Source of the DNA: Antedon mediterranea
Lineage: Eukaryota > Animalia > Echinodermata
NCBI RefSeq assembly: GCF_964355755.1
Contig: NC_092672.1
Location: forward strand, 34,602,437-34,666,436
Direction: 5' to 3'
DNA: 64,000 bases
Shown: positions 23,225 through 36,300 of the stretch, one piece after another
Layout: the number at the start of each line of letters is the position of its first letter
Numbering within the stretch: the first letter of the stretch is position 1
Program-made: the position numbers and the translations under genes
The notes under the pieces: model-generated
Databases searched by the model: none
The model's input: only the letters and a program-made list of their open reading frames with translations
Told to the model about the DNA's origin: nothing

Positions 23225-23999
23225 TTAGTGTTTGAGCAATGACAATTGTGTACGTCCTTGCGTTGCGTCCTAGTAGGCCTATGGGAAACCAATCTTTAAA
23301 TTATCTACAGTATTAGCCAATCATCTCCAATGTAAATCATTTCGATGGGATTGAATTTAAATGTATAAGGCTAATAGTTAGGCCTATACTTGATACCAAT
23401 TGCAAGCCAAGTCTGCCAAAAGGCCTCAATCCATACCGGATTTGGCTTGCCATACCCAATCACTATATTTATCAAACGTAACTTATGAAAAAACGCACCT
23501 TTAAAGTAATACGAATATTTAGACTTCAATTTCGTAAGGAAATTCATTCAGATCGATGCTTAATTTAATCACCAATAAGCGAGTGAGTTAACCATGACGT
23601 AAGCGAAACAATAAAAAGGCAATTAAGACAATGCATTTTGTAATCAATAAACGTAAAATTCACCTGCAAATTTGATATGAAAAAGATGTAATTAACTTGT
23701 AATATAAGGCCTACTTTTATTGACATTTTTGTATATATCATATATAATACACATTATAAACAAAATACCATCATCATCGGCGTTTCCACGCGCGCGCGCG
23801 TAAAATGACATACTACATAACAATGTTATATATTACACACAATAATTATACGCCTCAAATAACAAATGTATTATGGTATAAAATGATAAGAAATTATGAG
23901 GATTTGTATGTAAACGAGTTCATTGAATCTTGAGGAAATGATATATTTCAATTTCTTAGAACATGAAAATTAGAATTGAACCAAACTATTCAGGTTTAC

Positions 24000-24232
24000 T
24001 AGTTTAAAACTATTTCTACCACAAGAACCATTTTGGAGCGAGTGAGGCTTGAACCCTTGCCGTTGTCATATTAACATCAACAATGGTTCTAACCTTACTC
24101 GCTGGTGGTAGAACAAGTATTCTCGGTGTATACACAGCCAGTCACATTAGGAGGGCACCTTGGTTGTCAGCATATGCTCTTTAGGGTCACCCTCTATAAA
24201 TAAAGTGAAATCTAAAAAAAAAAAAAATAAAT
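24000..24232 (+). mobile_element. Retroposon 3' end with poly(A) tail
   Basis: AATAAA at ~24199 followed by an A-run at ~24214-24230 after a moderately GC-rich body. Confidence 0.4.
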
Positions 24233-24559
24233 ACGTATTCATATTTCCATCTTCCAAATCCCTCGATACGCATGCGTAAGCTGACGCTTTCGATTCGCGC
24301 GAACAAATTCGCTTAGTAGAAAATAGGTTTAGGGAAGAGTAGGCCTATAATAATAAGAATGAAATACACATGTACACATCTAATGCATTCCTCCAGTGTG
24401 GGCAAGATGACATTCGGCTGTAATTAGACGCTTTAGTGGTTAATGAGAGAATCGATTACCTAGGAATTTTTCTCATTTAATCGTCAATCAAGAAGGGAGA
24501 AGGTCAATCAATTGTCCTGATAATAATGCTTTATCAATAAATTGAGTCTGAGTAGGCCT

Positions 24560-24943
24560 ATAATGGTTACATTGTTATCTCTCTAGATTGAGTTTCCTAA
24601 CCTGATCGATAATTCTCTTCAATTATGATGGCTAAAAACATTAATAACATTCGGAAAGTTGAGAAAGAGTTCAAGGAAAATACCATAAATACAATGATTC
24701 TCCATGTAGGGGGCACAGGTTGGCGCAGGTGGTCGCAAGTCAATAATGGTTACATTTTTATCTCTCTAGATTGAGTTTCCTAACCTGATCGATAACTCTC
24801 TTCAATTATGATGGCTAAAAACATTAATAACATTCGGAAAGTTGAGATAATATTATAAATACAATAATTTCCCAGGTACAGGTAGTGTGTGGGGGGGGGG
24901 GGGGAGTGGGGGAACAATTTGGCGCAGTTCGCAAGTCAATAAT
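24560..24943. repeat. Tandem duplication, ~185-200 bp x2
   Basis: TAATGGTTACATT...GGAAAGTTGAGA...CGCAAGTCAATAAT occurs twice. Confidence 0.8.
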
Positions 24944-25090
24944 CGGTCCAACCGTTTAAAAGTTTTTGAAACAAAATTGCTTCAGACATAAAACCCAGTC
25001 AGCATAGGCTGACCGGGTAAAAAGTATTTAATCTATGAAGGTTCGTGTTTAGTCAATTTAACCAGGACAATATCGACTTCTTACAAATAT

Positions 25091-25648
25091 AAACAAGAAA
25101 TATTTCTCACAAAGAAACGCCGCTCGACATTTTAAAATTAATCATTGTTCTTTTGATTAATTTATGATTAATTATTAAAATACATACAAATTAAAAATAG
25201 TTCTTTAATTATGAATCACATGCCCATTTTTTAACTAGTTAATTGTACACAGCATTTGAAAGACATGTACCTTTCCAACAAATATTAATCAAAAAATGGC
25301 ATTTAAAAATGGTCAATTTTGAACTTTAATAATGTGCTGTAGCCTCAACTGAATATCCTCTAGAGACAACGTGACTGCACGGCGGTACAAGTGAGAAAAT
25401 TATTCCACAGTCTGTTGATTCGCGTCACCCAATCAAAGGGCGAGAATCCAAAATCGTTCAACCGTGAGCCCTCATAGACTCTCTTTTCCCAGACGTTTTT
25501 TGGGTCCAGCAGCTGGGATCTATAAATTATAGTCGAGTTTACAAAGTCGCAAAACTGTCGGTCTTAAATATTATAACTGCTGCTTGCTTTAGCTTCTGAA
25601 TGAGTAGTCCTCATGGAACGTAGCTGGCTAGAGCAGCAGCGTGAAAAA
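25091..25648 (+). mobile_element. Helentron-associated (HINE/DINE-like) element, family 2; second copy at 34361-34740
   Basis: Both copies start AAACAAGAA..TTTCT.ACAAA.AAACGCyGCTCG and end CGTAGC.GGCTAGAGCAGCAGCGT.AAAAA; subterminal inverted repeat ACGCTGC/GCAGCGT; A-rich insertion sites. Confidence 0.55.
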
Positions 25649-26625
25649 TTGAAACAAACATTAAGCATTTACTATTTATTTGATTTTACTTCGTTTTCTA
25701 TTCTTTTTTATGTCTAGACGCAGGTGTTACTTAATGAAACGCTATAACAATGATTTGTGTTTAAACTACGCGTGGATAAGAATGATAGAATCTAATGTAC
25801 GAATAATTTGAAACACAATGACAAGGTTATGCATCGAAATACAATTGAAATGCAGTGAGTTCACAAACATGTGAAGGAAAGGAAATTAATAGAGATAAGT
25901 TAAATTATACCCTAAAGGCACAGTTATTTAGGATAATATTGAAAAGAAATCACATAATTACGTATTTTTGTCAGTTTTTAACGGCATTCAATTCATCATT
26001 TTATTATATTTATCGTATACATAACCTATAATGTTTAAGACTGTTTTTATGTTCCTATTGATATTAATTTTACTATAAATAAAATGATAGTTCATTATGT
26101 TTTTGTAAATGAGTTATTTTATTATTACCATCAATCACCATTGCCCCAATTTTCTTAACCTCTGATGTTATTGCTTCTAACATGTACTTTATAATCAATA
26201 ATAAATGTTGATTAGGAAAGAAATGGTGGTTCTTGAATTGTATAGCAATTTTATTAATACAAGTCACACCAAACCATCTGAAACATTAGTTATTTGGCGC
26301 GCTTAAAAACAGGCGCGGACGCGGATCCAACTTGTGGTGTGGCTCATGTACTCAATCTCTCGGTCTGGCACATATTGAAAATATCTATAAACGATTTGGA
26401 AACTATACTAATTGTTATTACTACCATGCATCGTTGCTTCCTTATGCTTGCTCATATACTTCTAATTACTGCTACTCTGGGGCGTTCCATACTTGCTACT
26501 TGTTGCTATACGACTCGTACAGAGTATCGCAGTACAGAATAATAGTAGGGCAAACCAAGGACGAATGCGTGAGTGAACAAGGCCATATACATGGCTGCAT
26601 TCGCGTGCTCAAGTTATAGTGTTTA

Positions 26626-28165
26626 AGGCTGGTTTCCTGTCGACGTAAGAACATCACTTTTGTTGCGACTACGTCGATTTGTCGTAAGAAATGCGGATTT
26701 TACAGGAAACCGATTACGATCGAAAATTTATAAAATCGACGCAACGTAAGAAAAATGGTAACGACAAACGATTTTACAGGAAACCGATGACCTAACCATT
26801 GTTGCGTTACGACGTTTTCTTCCGATTTTACAGGAAACCGGGATTTTTTATCTTACGCTTGAATGAACGCCCTTGCGTCATGTTTCTTACGTCTCTTACG
26901 AAAGTTGACTTGAAGTCAACTTTCGCAAGAGACGTAAGCGCAATCGTAACAAGTAACCAATGAGCGACAAGAGTTATGACGTAATGTGTATGTCCTTATA
27001 GTGAAATAAAGCCGGACAATAACATTTGTATGTATTTACTACTATAATTTTAGCCTAATCATGTTCTAATCAGGGAGTTTTAGGGTTGAGGGATGGGAAA
27101 GCGGATAGATGCAAAGAGGAACAATTTTTAAATATATTCTTTATGCACTCAGTAACGAAATATTTTTTTCATGTTTTATAGGCCTATAAATAATATACCT
27201 CTAAATACAGTAAAATATTTGCGATTTAATACTTTGTTAAAACTGTCACTGTCATAATCGATTGAAATATAGTCACGATACACCACTACGACGTTTATAT
27301 TTTTGGTAATTATTAATTAATACAAACGTTGTTGAGAAGGAACTGTCAGTATAGGTTATTTGTATATAATAATGTGTTAATGTGTCAACTTTCGTAAGAG
27401 ACGTAAGAAACGTATGATGTCGACAGGAAACCAGCCCTATACTGACAGTTCCTTCTCAACAACGTTTGTATTAATTAATAATTACCAAAAATATAAACGT
27501 CGTAGTGGTGTATCGTGACTATATTTCAATCGATTATGACAGTGACAGTTTTAACAAAGTATTAAATCGCAAATATTTTACTGTATTTAGAGGTATATTA
27601 TTTATAGGCCTATAAAACATGAAAAAAATATTTCGTTACTGAGTGCATAAAGAATATATTTAAAAATTGTTCCTCTTTGCATCTATCCGCTTTCCCATCC
27701 CTCAACCCTAAAACTCCCTGATTAGAACATGATTAGGCTAAAATTATAGTAGTAAATACATACAAATGTTATTGTCCGGCTTTATTTCACTATAAGGACA
27801 TACACATTACGTCATAACTCTTGTCGCTCATTGGTTACTTGTTACGATTGCGCTTACGTCTCTTGCGAAAGTTGACTTCAAGTCAACTTTCGTAAGAGAC
27901 GTAAGAAACATGACGCAAGGGCGTTCATTCAAGCGTAAGATAAAAAATCCCGGTTTCCTGTAAAATCGGAAGAAAACGTCGTAACGCAACAATGGTTAGG
28001 TCATCGGTTTCCTGTAAAATCGTTTGTCGTTACCATTTTTCTTACGTTGCGTCGATTTTATAAATTTTCGATCGTAATCGGTTTCCTGTAAAATCCGCAT
28101 TTCTTACGACAAATCGACGTAGTCGCAACAAAAGTGATGTTCTTACGTCGACAGGAAACCAGCCT
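26626..28165. repeat. Large inverted repeat: arms 26626-27355 and 27436-28165 (730 bp each), 80-bp spacer, derived from a TIR element
   Basis: Arms read as reverse complements with symmetric coordinates. TIR AGGCTGGTTTCCTGTCGAC at 26626, with matching GTCGACAGGAAACCAGCC ends at ~27436 and 28164. Confidence 0.95.
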
Positions 28166-30622
28166 ACTGACCCACCGAACAATCGACCAACCGACCGACA
28201 TAGTGAGCTGTAGAGTCGCGTTGCACACGACTAAAAATCAACTTAAAACAACAGCATTTCTTTAAGAGAAAATGAAGAACACTCCATTATTGCAACTTCC
28301 CAAAGTTAATCCTTCCAAGCGAACCGCATCTTATTATCAATATCCTTAAATGCGGCGAAATGTTCAACTATTATTCATCTAATGTCTTGAATATTGTATG
28401 TTATGTAGAAAATGTAATTATGTTGCTTGCACTTGACCTTTGACACGCAAAAGTGACTCCTTTGTTGCCAGAATGCAATATGTCTCATGTTTGTTTGTAA
28501 TGGAAAATGAGCTGAATTTCTAAGATGTTTTTCGGTCGGTGGAAGTTGTGTTAGAGCGTGGTTTTTGCCTAATAAATTCGATGTGATGGGACTTGAATAA
28601 TTGCAGCAGAAAAAAGTTGATTAAATTGATGAATGTATAGAAAATACATTACCTAAATGTGCTCATGAGATACATATATCGGTGTATAAACCGAATTTGT
28701 GTATATCATGCCTCACGTTGCTTCACAATGTGCCATGATGGGAAATTAGTACAGTAGGGCCTACGTGTGAACAACGTCATGTGATGGATTTTAAATACTG
28801 AGCAACAGTATTTTCTATAGTTGTCTCTAACGTGTATCTTAATCTATTTATGAAGTAAAACAGATTGATAAATGACAACTGGTAATCCAGGCGGTTTTTT
28901 CAATTTAAAGCAGACTATTACATCATTTGCATGATGACCCACCTGCTTCTCCTAATCCACCTGTCTGGAAAATGTAAAGTCATTTGATGTCAAGTCAAGT
29001 TCAGTATAGTAAAGTAAAGCGTGGTTCTCACTAATGCTTGGTTCCCACTAGCGACGCAACACAAGGACGTAACGCAACGCAAGTGAATTGACCAATCACA
29101 AGCGATGGCTTATTCGCTTGTGATTGCTAACTGTCTATAACTTCGCTTGTCATTGGTTAAAACGCTTGCGTTGCGTTTACGTCCTTGCGCAATTATTGGA
29201 AAGCCATTTTGTTACGTTGTGTCGGTTGAGTTACGTTGCGTCGCTAGTGGGAATCAAGCTTAACCAACAACCAAGTCGACTCTATGATCCAATTATTGTA
29301 ATGATGATGTGTATCACAGATTTTTTATTATTCCATGGAGGAATAAGTCTCAATGATTATTCTATATAAAAATAATTTAATTTATAGGATGAACGGAAAT
29401 ATGATTATATTATATGGATCAATGGAGGATTAATCGCATAAAATTCATTACTATGCCCCATTTTGTTATGACGCGTCGAGACAGTTTTAACACAACTATT
29501 AAAAGGCCATTTTCTTACGTTGCTAAAGCTACGTAACGCAATCTACGCAACGTAAAAAAAATCCCTTCCAATGTTTTCCCCCGCCTGCGTGACGCTGTAG
29601 GTTGCGCTACGTTGCGTCACTAGTGGAAACCAGGCTTTAAAATGCAATACCGCATAAACAAATGAGAGTACACTCTTCCCTGATGTATATACCTAGCGGA
29701 AAATCGTGATGTAAATCAACAAAAATACTGTATATAATTCGGCATAATGTAATCTGGATGTCCGTGCATTTGATACCGATGATAACATGGTAAAATGCAA
29801 AATAATCGTGAGCGGCAACTGATTGTGAACATTAAAAATCAAACATAGGTGTAGGTATTGGCGGCGGATCAAACAGATTTTTGTGTAATTGCATATTTCT
29901 AATGGGTGCCTCTTGTAACTGCGTGTTCTATTATCATTAGTCAGGTAAGTTAAAACGCATTATCGGGGTGTAATGAACGATAAAACTCTTTAAAACTCGC
30001 TGTGTTAATTACGATATATATATTTGTTTGTAATTTCTAATTGTTTTTATGTCGGATGGGTGTTCGGAGTTAGTTTGCGAGGCGGGTTTGCTGTTGTTAG
30101 TTACTTTTATGCAACATAATTTTAAAGTTCCTTATAGAAATGTGTGCACAGATTTGCGTTTGTTCAAAATCTCTGTCTACACTATCAATAAAACGTTTCG
30201 TTTTGTAAACTATTATTGTGCCCATATATGGACACGATGACGTCACATCACTACCATATTTAAGCACATCACACTTTTTTGTCAAACTAGTTTGATTGTG
30301 TATACAGAATGTTACCCTCATGTGCTTGTGTGTCCACCAACATTTACCTGTAAGTTAGCCATATCTAAAGCTCTGACTACACTATCAAACTTTATGTGAC
30401 GACAATTGTTATGTGCTCATATATGGACATGATGATGTCATATCAATACCATATTTGGGCACATCAAACTTTTATTTTCGAACTAGTTTGATAGTATAGA
30501 CAGAGCTTTACAAGTTTGTGCACAGATTTGCATTTGTTCTTACGCTTGCATTGCTCTTGTGTGCTGTGTGACGCAATGCGTCCAAATTGATGATGCAACG
30601 CAAGGACGTAGACGCAACGTAA

Positions 30623-30801
30623 AGCGTGGTTCCCACTAGCGACGCAACACAAGGACGTAACTCAACGCAAGTGAATTGACCAATCACAAGCGATGACTTA
30701 TTCGCTTGTGATTGCTAACTGTCTATAACTTCGCTTGTCATTGGTTAAAACGCTTGCGTTGCGTTTACGTCCTTGCGTTACGTTCTAGTGGGAACCAAGC
30801 T
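30623..30801. mobile_element. MITE family B copy nested in an older family B copy (~30590-30915)
   Basis: Full TIR-bounded copy flanked on both sides by halves of a related element. Confidence 0.8.
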
Positions 30802-31047
30802 TTATTGAGTTGACCAATCACAAGCGATGGATTATTCGAACTGTCGCTTGTCTTTGGTCAACACGCTTGAGTTGCGTTTACGTCCTTGTGTTGCGTCCTC
30901 TAGTGGGAACTACGCTTTAAGTTAGCCATCTTACGAGCATAACGCTCACGCTTGTAAACGAACGTAGTGCTGGTGATATTAAAATTATATTTTCTGTCAC
31001 AAATACAATAATTCGATAATGAATTTTAAATATGACCTGAATTCCTC

Positions 31048-31663
31048 CTTTAAATACCTTTGAATAACAAATTACTGTTAAAATAACGAGGCCTAACAAC
31101 TCAGATTTCCTTGGAAGAACCAGGCCTAAACATTTAAGAACAAGCGCTTTATTTCCCGGGGACGTTACATCAGCTCAGACACGCTCCTTTGAGAGGCATA
31201 CGCGAGGTCAATTCTCAGATCAAAATGTGAATTTTAGAGAAGACGAAGGCTTTTGAATAAGTTTATTTTGATCCATTTTCGCCAACATCTGGTAAAATAA
31301 TTATATCATATACTCTTTAATGTTTTGGTTTTAAATTGACGGACGGAGCCAAGGACTTTAAATACCTTTGAATAACAAATTACTGTTAAAATAACGAGGC
31401 CTAACAACTCAGATTTCCTTGGAAGAACCAGGCCTAAACATTTAAGAACAAGCGCTTTATTTCCCGGGGACGTTACATCAGCTCAGACACGCTCCTTTGA
31501 GAGGCATACGCGAGGTCAATTCTCAGATCAAAATGTGAATTTTAGAGAAGACGAAGGCTTTTGAATAAGTTTATTTTGATCCATTTTCGCCAACATCTGG
31601 TAAAATAATTATATCATATACTCTTTAATGTTTTGGTTTTAAATTGACGGACGGAGCCAAGGA
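31048..31663. repeat. Exact tandem duplication, 308 bp x2
   Basis: 31048-31355 repeats as 31356-31663. Confidence 0.92.
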
Positions 31664-31796
31664 TAATATGTAGGCCTACGCTCTCTTGCGGATAAATTGA
31701 TAGTTATATTATTTTGGAAATAAAAATTCAATTAAAACTCATTAGCATATTAGAAAAAAGTATAACATTCGATATAATTATACAGAAATTGAATAA

Positions 31797-32082
31797 ACTA
31801 TATTATATAACACCTATATAAATTCCTGTCATTTGATTGGACGAATGTGGGTCACATGGCGTGCAATAGTACGCACTATTCAACGATCGTTAAATAGTAC
31901 TTTTTGAAACATTTTTGTGTACGAAAAAAAAACGTCTAGATGTTATATAAAACAAATAATGAATGTTTTGTATTCGTGTAATGGTACAAATAATGGCTTT
32001 GCCTCGTTGATATAACCTTTCATCATTCACCTCGTGCCATTATTTGTACCATTGCACTCATAAACATTCATTATTTGTATAC
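31797..32082. mobile_element. Non-autonomous element with a long terminal hairpin
   Basis: ACAAATAATGAATGTTT...GTAATGGTACAAATAATGGC pairs with GCCATTATTTGTACCATTGC...AAACATTCATTATTTGT (31952-32078). Superfamily not assigned. Confidence 0.55.
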
Positions 32083-32839
32083 TATATAGATAATTATACT
32101 ATAAATAATTTATCAAGCTTTTCACATATGTATTTGTCTATCAGGATCTTGTTTTGTTTATGTATTATTAATGTATAGAAAACTGTGAATGATTTTAATA
32201 AATAAAGACGTTTTTAGCGTTTCATATTAGTAACTTGCCCTATGGATATCCACCACGTGCATACCTGTACAATTTAAGAGGATAATTATTACATTAAGAG
32301 ACATCGTATCTGTATCAATAACATAGTTATGTCATTGATATCACATTATTTGTACCCCAAGGCCGCTGAAAATCTTTCACGATTGACGTGTGTGTAATAA
32401 TTATTATTCGACAGCTTAAACGCGTTTATCCATAACTTAAACGCGTTTATCCATAACTTAAACAGGTTTATCATCCATAATAGAATGTCTTTCGTTGAAT
32501 AAAATCTATTTCCGAATATCTATTGCATTGGTTCACGACCTTTTGAATATCATAGCTATTCGGGATTTGTTAGAACATTGCGAATTTATACACGTTAATG
32601 TTGTCTTCCCAATGGAGATAAGTTACATCACTGGTGTTAGACAACATGTTTGACAGCTCCGATGGGAAATAATGTTAATTGTCAGATACGAGATACACTA
32701 TGAATTTATAAAAAAAATATGTTGTGTTTTGATAAAACTAACATCATACGCCATTAATCATATTCCATTAATCATCAATTATAACTAATATAACTGTCTG
32801 TAACTGTTTCGTCATCATTAACACTCTTAGCATCTTGAT

Positions 32840-33390
32840 ATTGGCAGCAACATAACGATCATCATCGAAATTATCACCATCTTCATCACCATCATTATCA
32901 TTATCATCACCATCGAAATTATTATTATCATCATCATCTTCATTATTATCATCACCACCACCACTATCATCATTATCATCAATACCTTTATCATTATCAT
33001 CATTGTCATCATGATCACCATCATTATCATCATCTTCATCATTATCATCTTCACCACCACCATCATCATCATCATTATCATCATCCCTATCATCTTCGTC
33101 ATCATCATTATCATCATCATCAAAATTATCATCATCTTCATCACCATCTGTATCATCATCACCATCATCATCCTCATCATAAACCATCATCATCATCATC
33201 TTCATCACCATCATCATCTTCATCACCATCATCATCTTCATCACCATCATTATCATCATCACCATCATCATCCTCATCATAAACCATCATCATCATCATC
33301 TTCATCACCATCATCATCTTCATCACCATCATCATCTTCATCACCATCATCATCACCGTCATTGTAATCATCAATATCATGATCATCGAG
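32840..33390. repeat. Compound (ATC/CAT)n trinucleotide low-complexity tract with an internal ~118-bp duplication
   Basis: Long CATCATCAT/CACCAT/CTTCAT runs; CCTCATCATAAACCATCATC recurs at ~33172 and ~33271. Confidence 0.9.
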
Positions 33391-36300
33391 AGAATATTCT
33401 AAAATGTTACAGTAGATATAATACATACATTCTTGATTTCCTTTCGTCGAGTTTAATTGAACAAAATGCTAAAATCTAACTACAATTCATCTTGGACATA
33501 CAGAAGATGATATTTTATATTTTCTCGGTTGCCATGCCAAATAAGGTGGTTAAACTGCTTTTAATTTATGAAGTCAATTATTAACAGCGTAGAAACTGTT
33601 ATATAGATTTAAATCGGATCGTAATTGTACGTGTTTATAATCATCGTAAATAATTTGTTCGAGCTCTCTCAGTGCGAAAACAATCAGTTTAATTGGCAAA
33701 AAGGACAGCAAAACAGAGAGATAAGTAGGCCTACACCTGGTCTACATTTTAGAGCAATTTCACGCGTATGGTTCATTGTCACAGCATCGCGTCTAATTTG
33801 TTTACAGCGCGCGCGGCGCGCGGCGGGAGGGAGGCGTCATGGTTTATCTGTCCGACAGTACAGTACAATCTTATACCATGGAGGTATAAAAAATTTTATA
33901 CCTCCATGCTTATACGATGGACGTACACTAAAGCGTAGTTCCCACTAGGACACAACGCAAGGACGTAAACGCAACGCAAGCGTGTTGACCAATGACAAGC
34001 GACAGTTCGAATAATCCATCGCTTGTGATTGTTAAAACCACTTGCGTTGCGTTACGTCCTTGTGTTGCGTCTCTAGTGGCATTACATTACAAGTAACGTA
34101 TTGTTGCAGTTTTAAATTGGTTTGGTTTCTTCACTTGGACGCAACGCGATGGATTGGATCACAAGCGATAGTTATGAATCATCCATATCTTCGTGATTTG
34201 ACACATTACTGGTGGTGCGTTTACGTAACTGCGTTGCGTCCAAGTTGGAACTAAGATTTAGCGCGTAAACTTAAATTCGCCTGCCGTTTCTGACACGTCA
34301 GATAGATTGAAATGGGAAACATCATCGCTAACGACACTGAAACACCAATTATTGATAAATTAAACAAGAATATTTCTTACAAAAAACGCTGCTCGCTTAT
34401 TGTTATTGCTAAGGTCAAGTCTGGGGGTCACTTCATCACGCCTAGATACTTCAAGTATCCTATTACAAACAAAAACTTCAATGGACTGTTTTGATAATAA
34501 TTCAATGATTATCTGACAGCGAATTATATCATGGGACTCATAAATACCAGAATGCTTTGGGATTTGTCGTTAGACTCTTTTCTCAGCCGTTTTTGGATTC
34601 AACAGGTGGTACCAATAAATTATAGTGGAGTTTCCATTTTAACAAAAATGTCAAAGTGTAGTACTATAAAGCTGCTTGATTTCATCTAATGAATGAGTCA
34701 TCTCGTGTGACGTAGCGGGCTAGAGCAGCAGCGTAAAAAAAATAAATGTAGGTCTATCTTGGAATTGACCTTCCCCGACATAAACATGATTCTCTTACGT
34801 AATAAATTTACGCATTTTTGAAGTTTATTTTATGTTTATCACATTTTTGTAAATGTCATATTTGGTATTTTAACACTCGATACTGTAACGGTGCTAAGCA
34901 GATACGCTCATTAACTTATGAACTTAAGAATTAAGAATATAACACCAAAAAGATAAGTTAACACCTTTTATGAATACCACGATGAGTGATAAAATAAACC
35001 ATTCGTCCTCAAGATCACCGAGTACGGAACTTAATGATGCATGACGTCTGCGCGCGCAACTCGCTTATTCAATGTTCAGCTGATCAACTTTTATATGATT
35101 GGTTGAAATAGATTGTCGTGGTTGTACGCAGTTTTCGCCTTATATTGAGGATTATGCTGTTATACTGCACATTCTGTGTATGCGTTCCACGCCAGTAAAA
35201 ACATATTTTAGTTGTTCCCTTGATATATATATATACCGTACTTAAAGGTAAGTTCAAATGTATTTGTCTAGATTATATGCCGCATAATCTATATGTATGG
35301 AAAGTTATGGGTGTGTTTGTTGTACGTCATCCATACCGGCAGTTCCTTCCAAAGCTTTAATAATTGCATAAACATTTTAATGAATTTACGAAATTATATT
35401 AGGCTCTATCTAAGATATATATTTCAATATTAGGGCTAGCTTCTTATACATACATATAGTCTTAGTATTTCAAGACAATTTTCCCGATCATTACGGGACA
35501 CTCAAGAGGAGGCTCTTCTTTTCCTAAAGGTTTTCGGCTCTTATTTATTATATGCCCTTTTGTATGCATTACTTTTTCATTATATATTCTGTTTTTAAAC
35601 GATAATTTAGGTAAAATTTGACTGACCATTCTATTCATTTATTCTTTAGTCTTTCTAATTATTATAAATATTATCTTTAATATATTATGATTTGTTGGTT
35701 CTAAGTCTCACGGGAAAGAGTTACACAATGTGGTTACCTTTTTCTATTATATAAAATATGCTTAACTCTGAGATAGGCGAAAACAATACAAGCACTTTGA
35801 TAGAAATAATTGTAAATCTCAGATATTCCACGAAACGAATTATTTGACAACATTATTGTTCAATACGATATTGCATTATGTTTTCTCAGTCACAACTTAA
35901 TGTGACAAAAATGTGATGTTCCCATGAACATGATGATGTACATCATATCACTATCATATTTGGGAATATCACTACCATATTTGGGCACATCACTTTTTGT
36001 CAAACTTGTTTGATAGTGTAGAAAAGCTGTAGAACGACAAAATGAAGGGGTTTCTCTCATTTCTCTCATCTTCATTGAAGAACGGTTGCAAATTGATGAA
36101 GGATCGCTAGATACAGGAACTTTGAGTTGAATTTCCTGGTTGAAATATTTAACAATTCAATACAATTTATAACCATTTTTTAATGAGATTATTTATTTAG
36201 GTCAAATTGTTTAAATATACCACCACCGGCGTATAAAATATAATTTATATGGGTTGTGTTGCATTTTTAAAAAACTGCATAAAGTCGACAGAGAAAATGA

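Noticed and set aside
32768-33386. Asp-, Met-, His- and Ile-rich ORFs
   Set aside because: Translations of an (ATC)n microsatellite tract, open in several frames on both strands.
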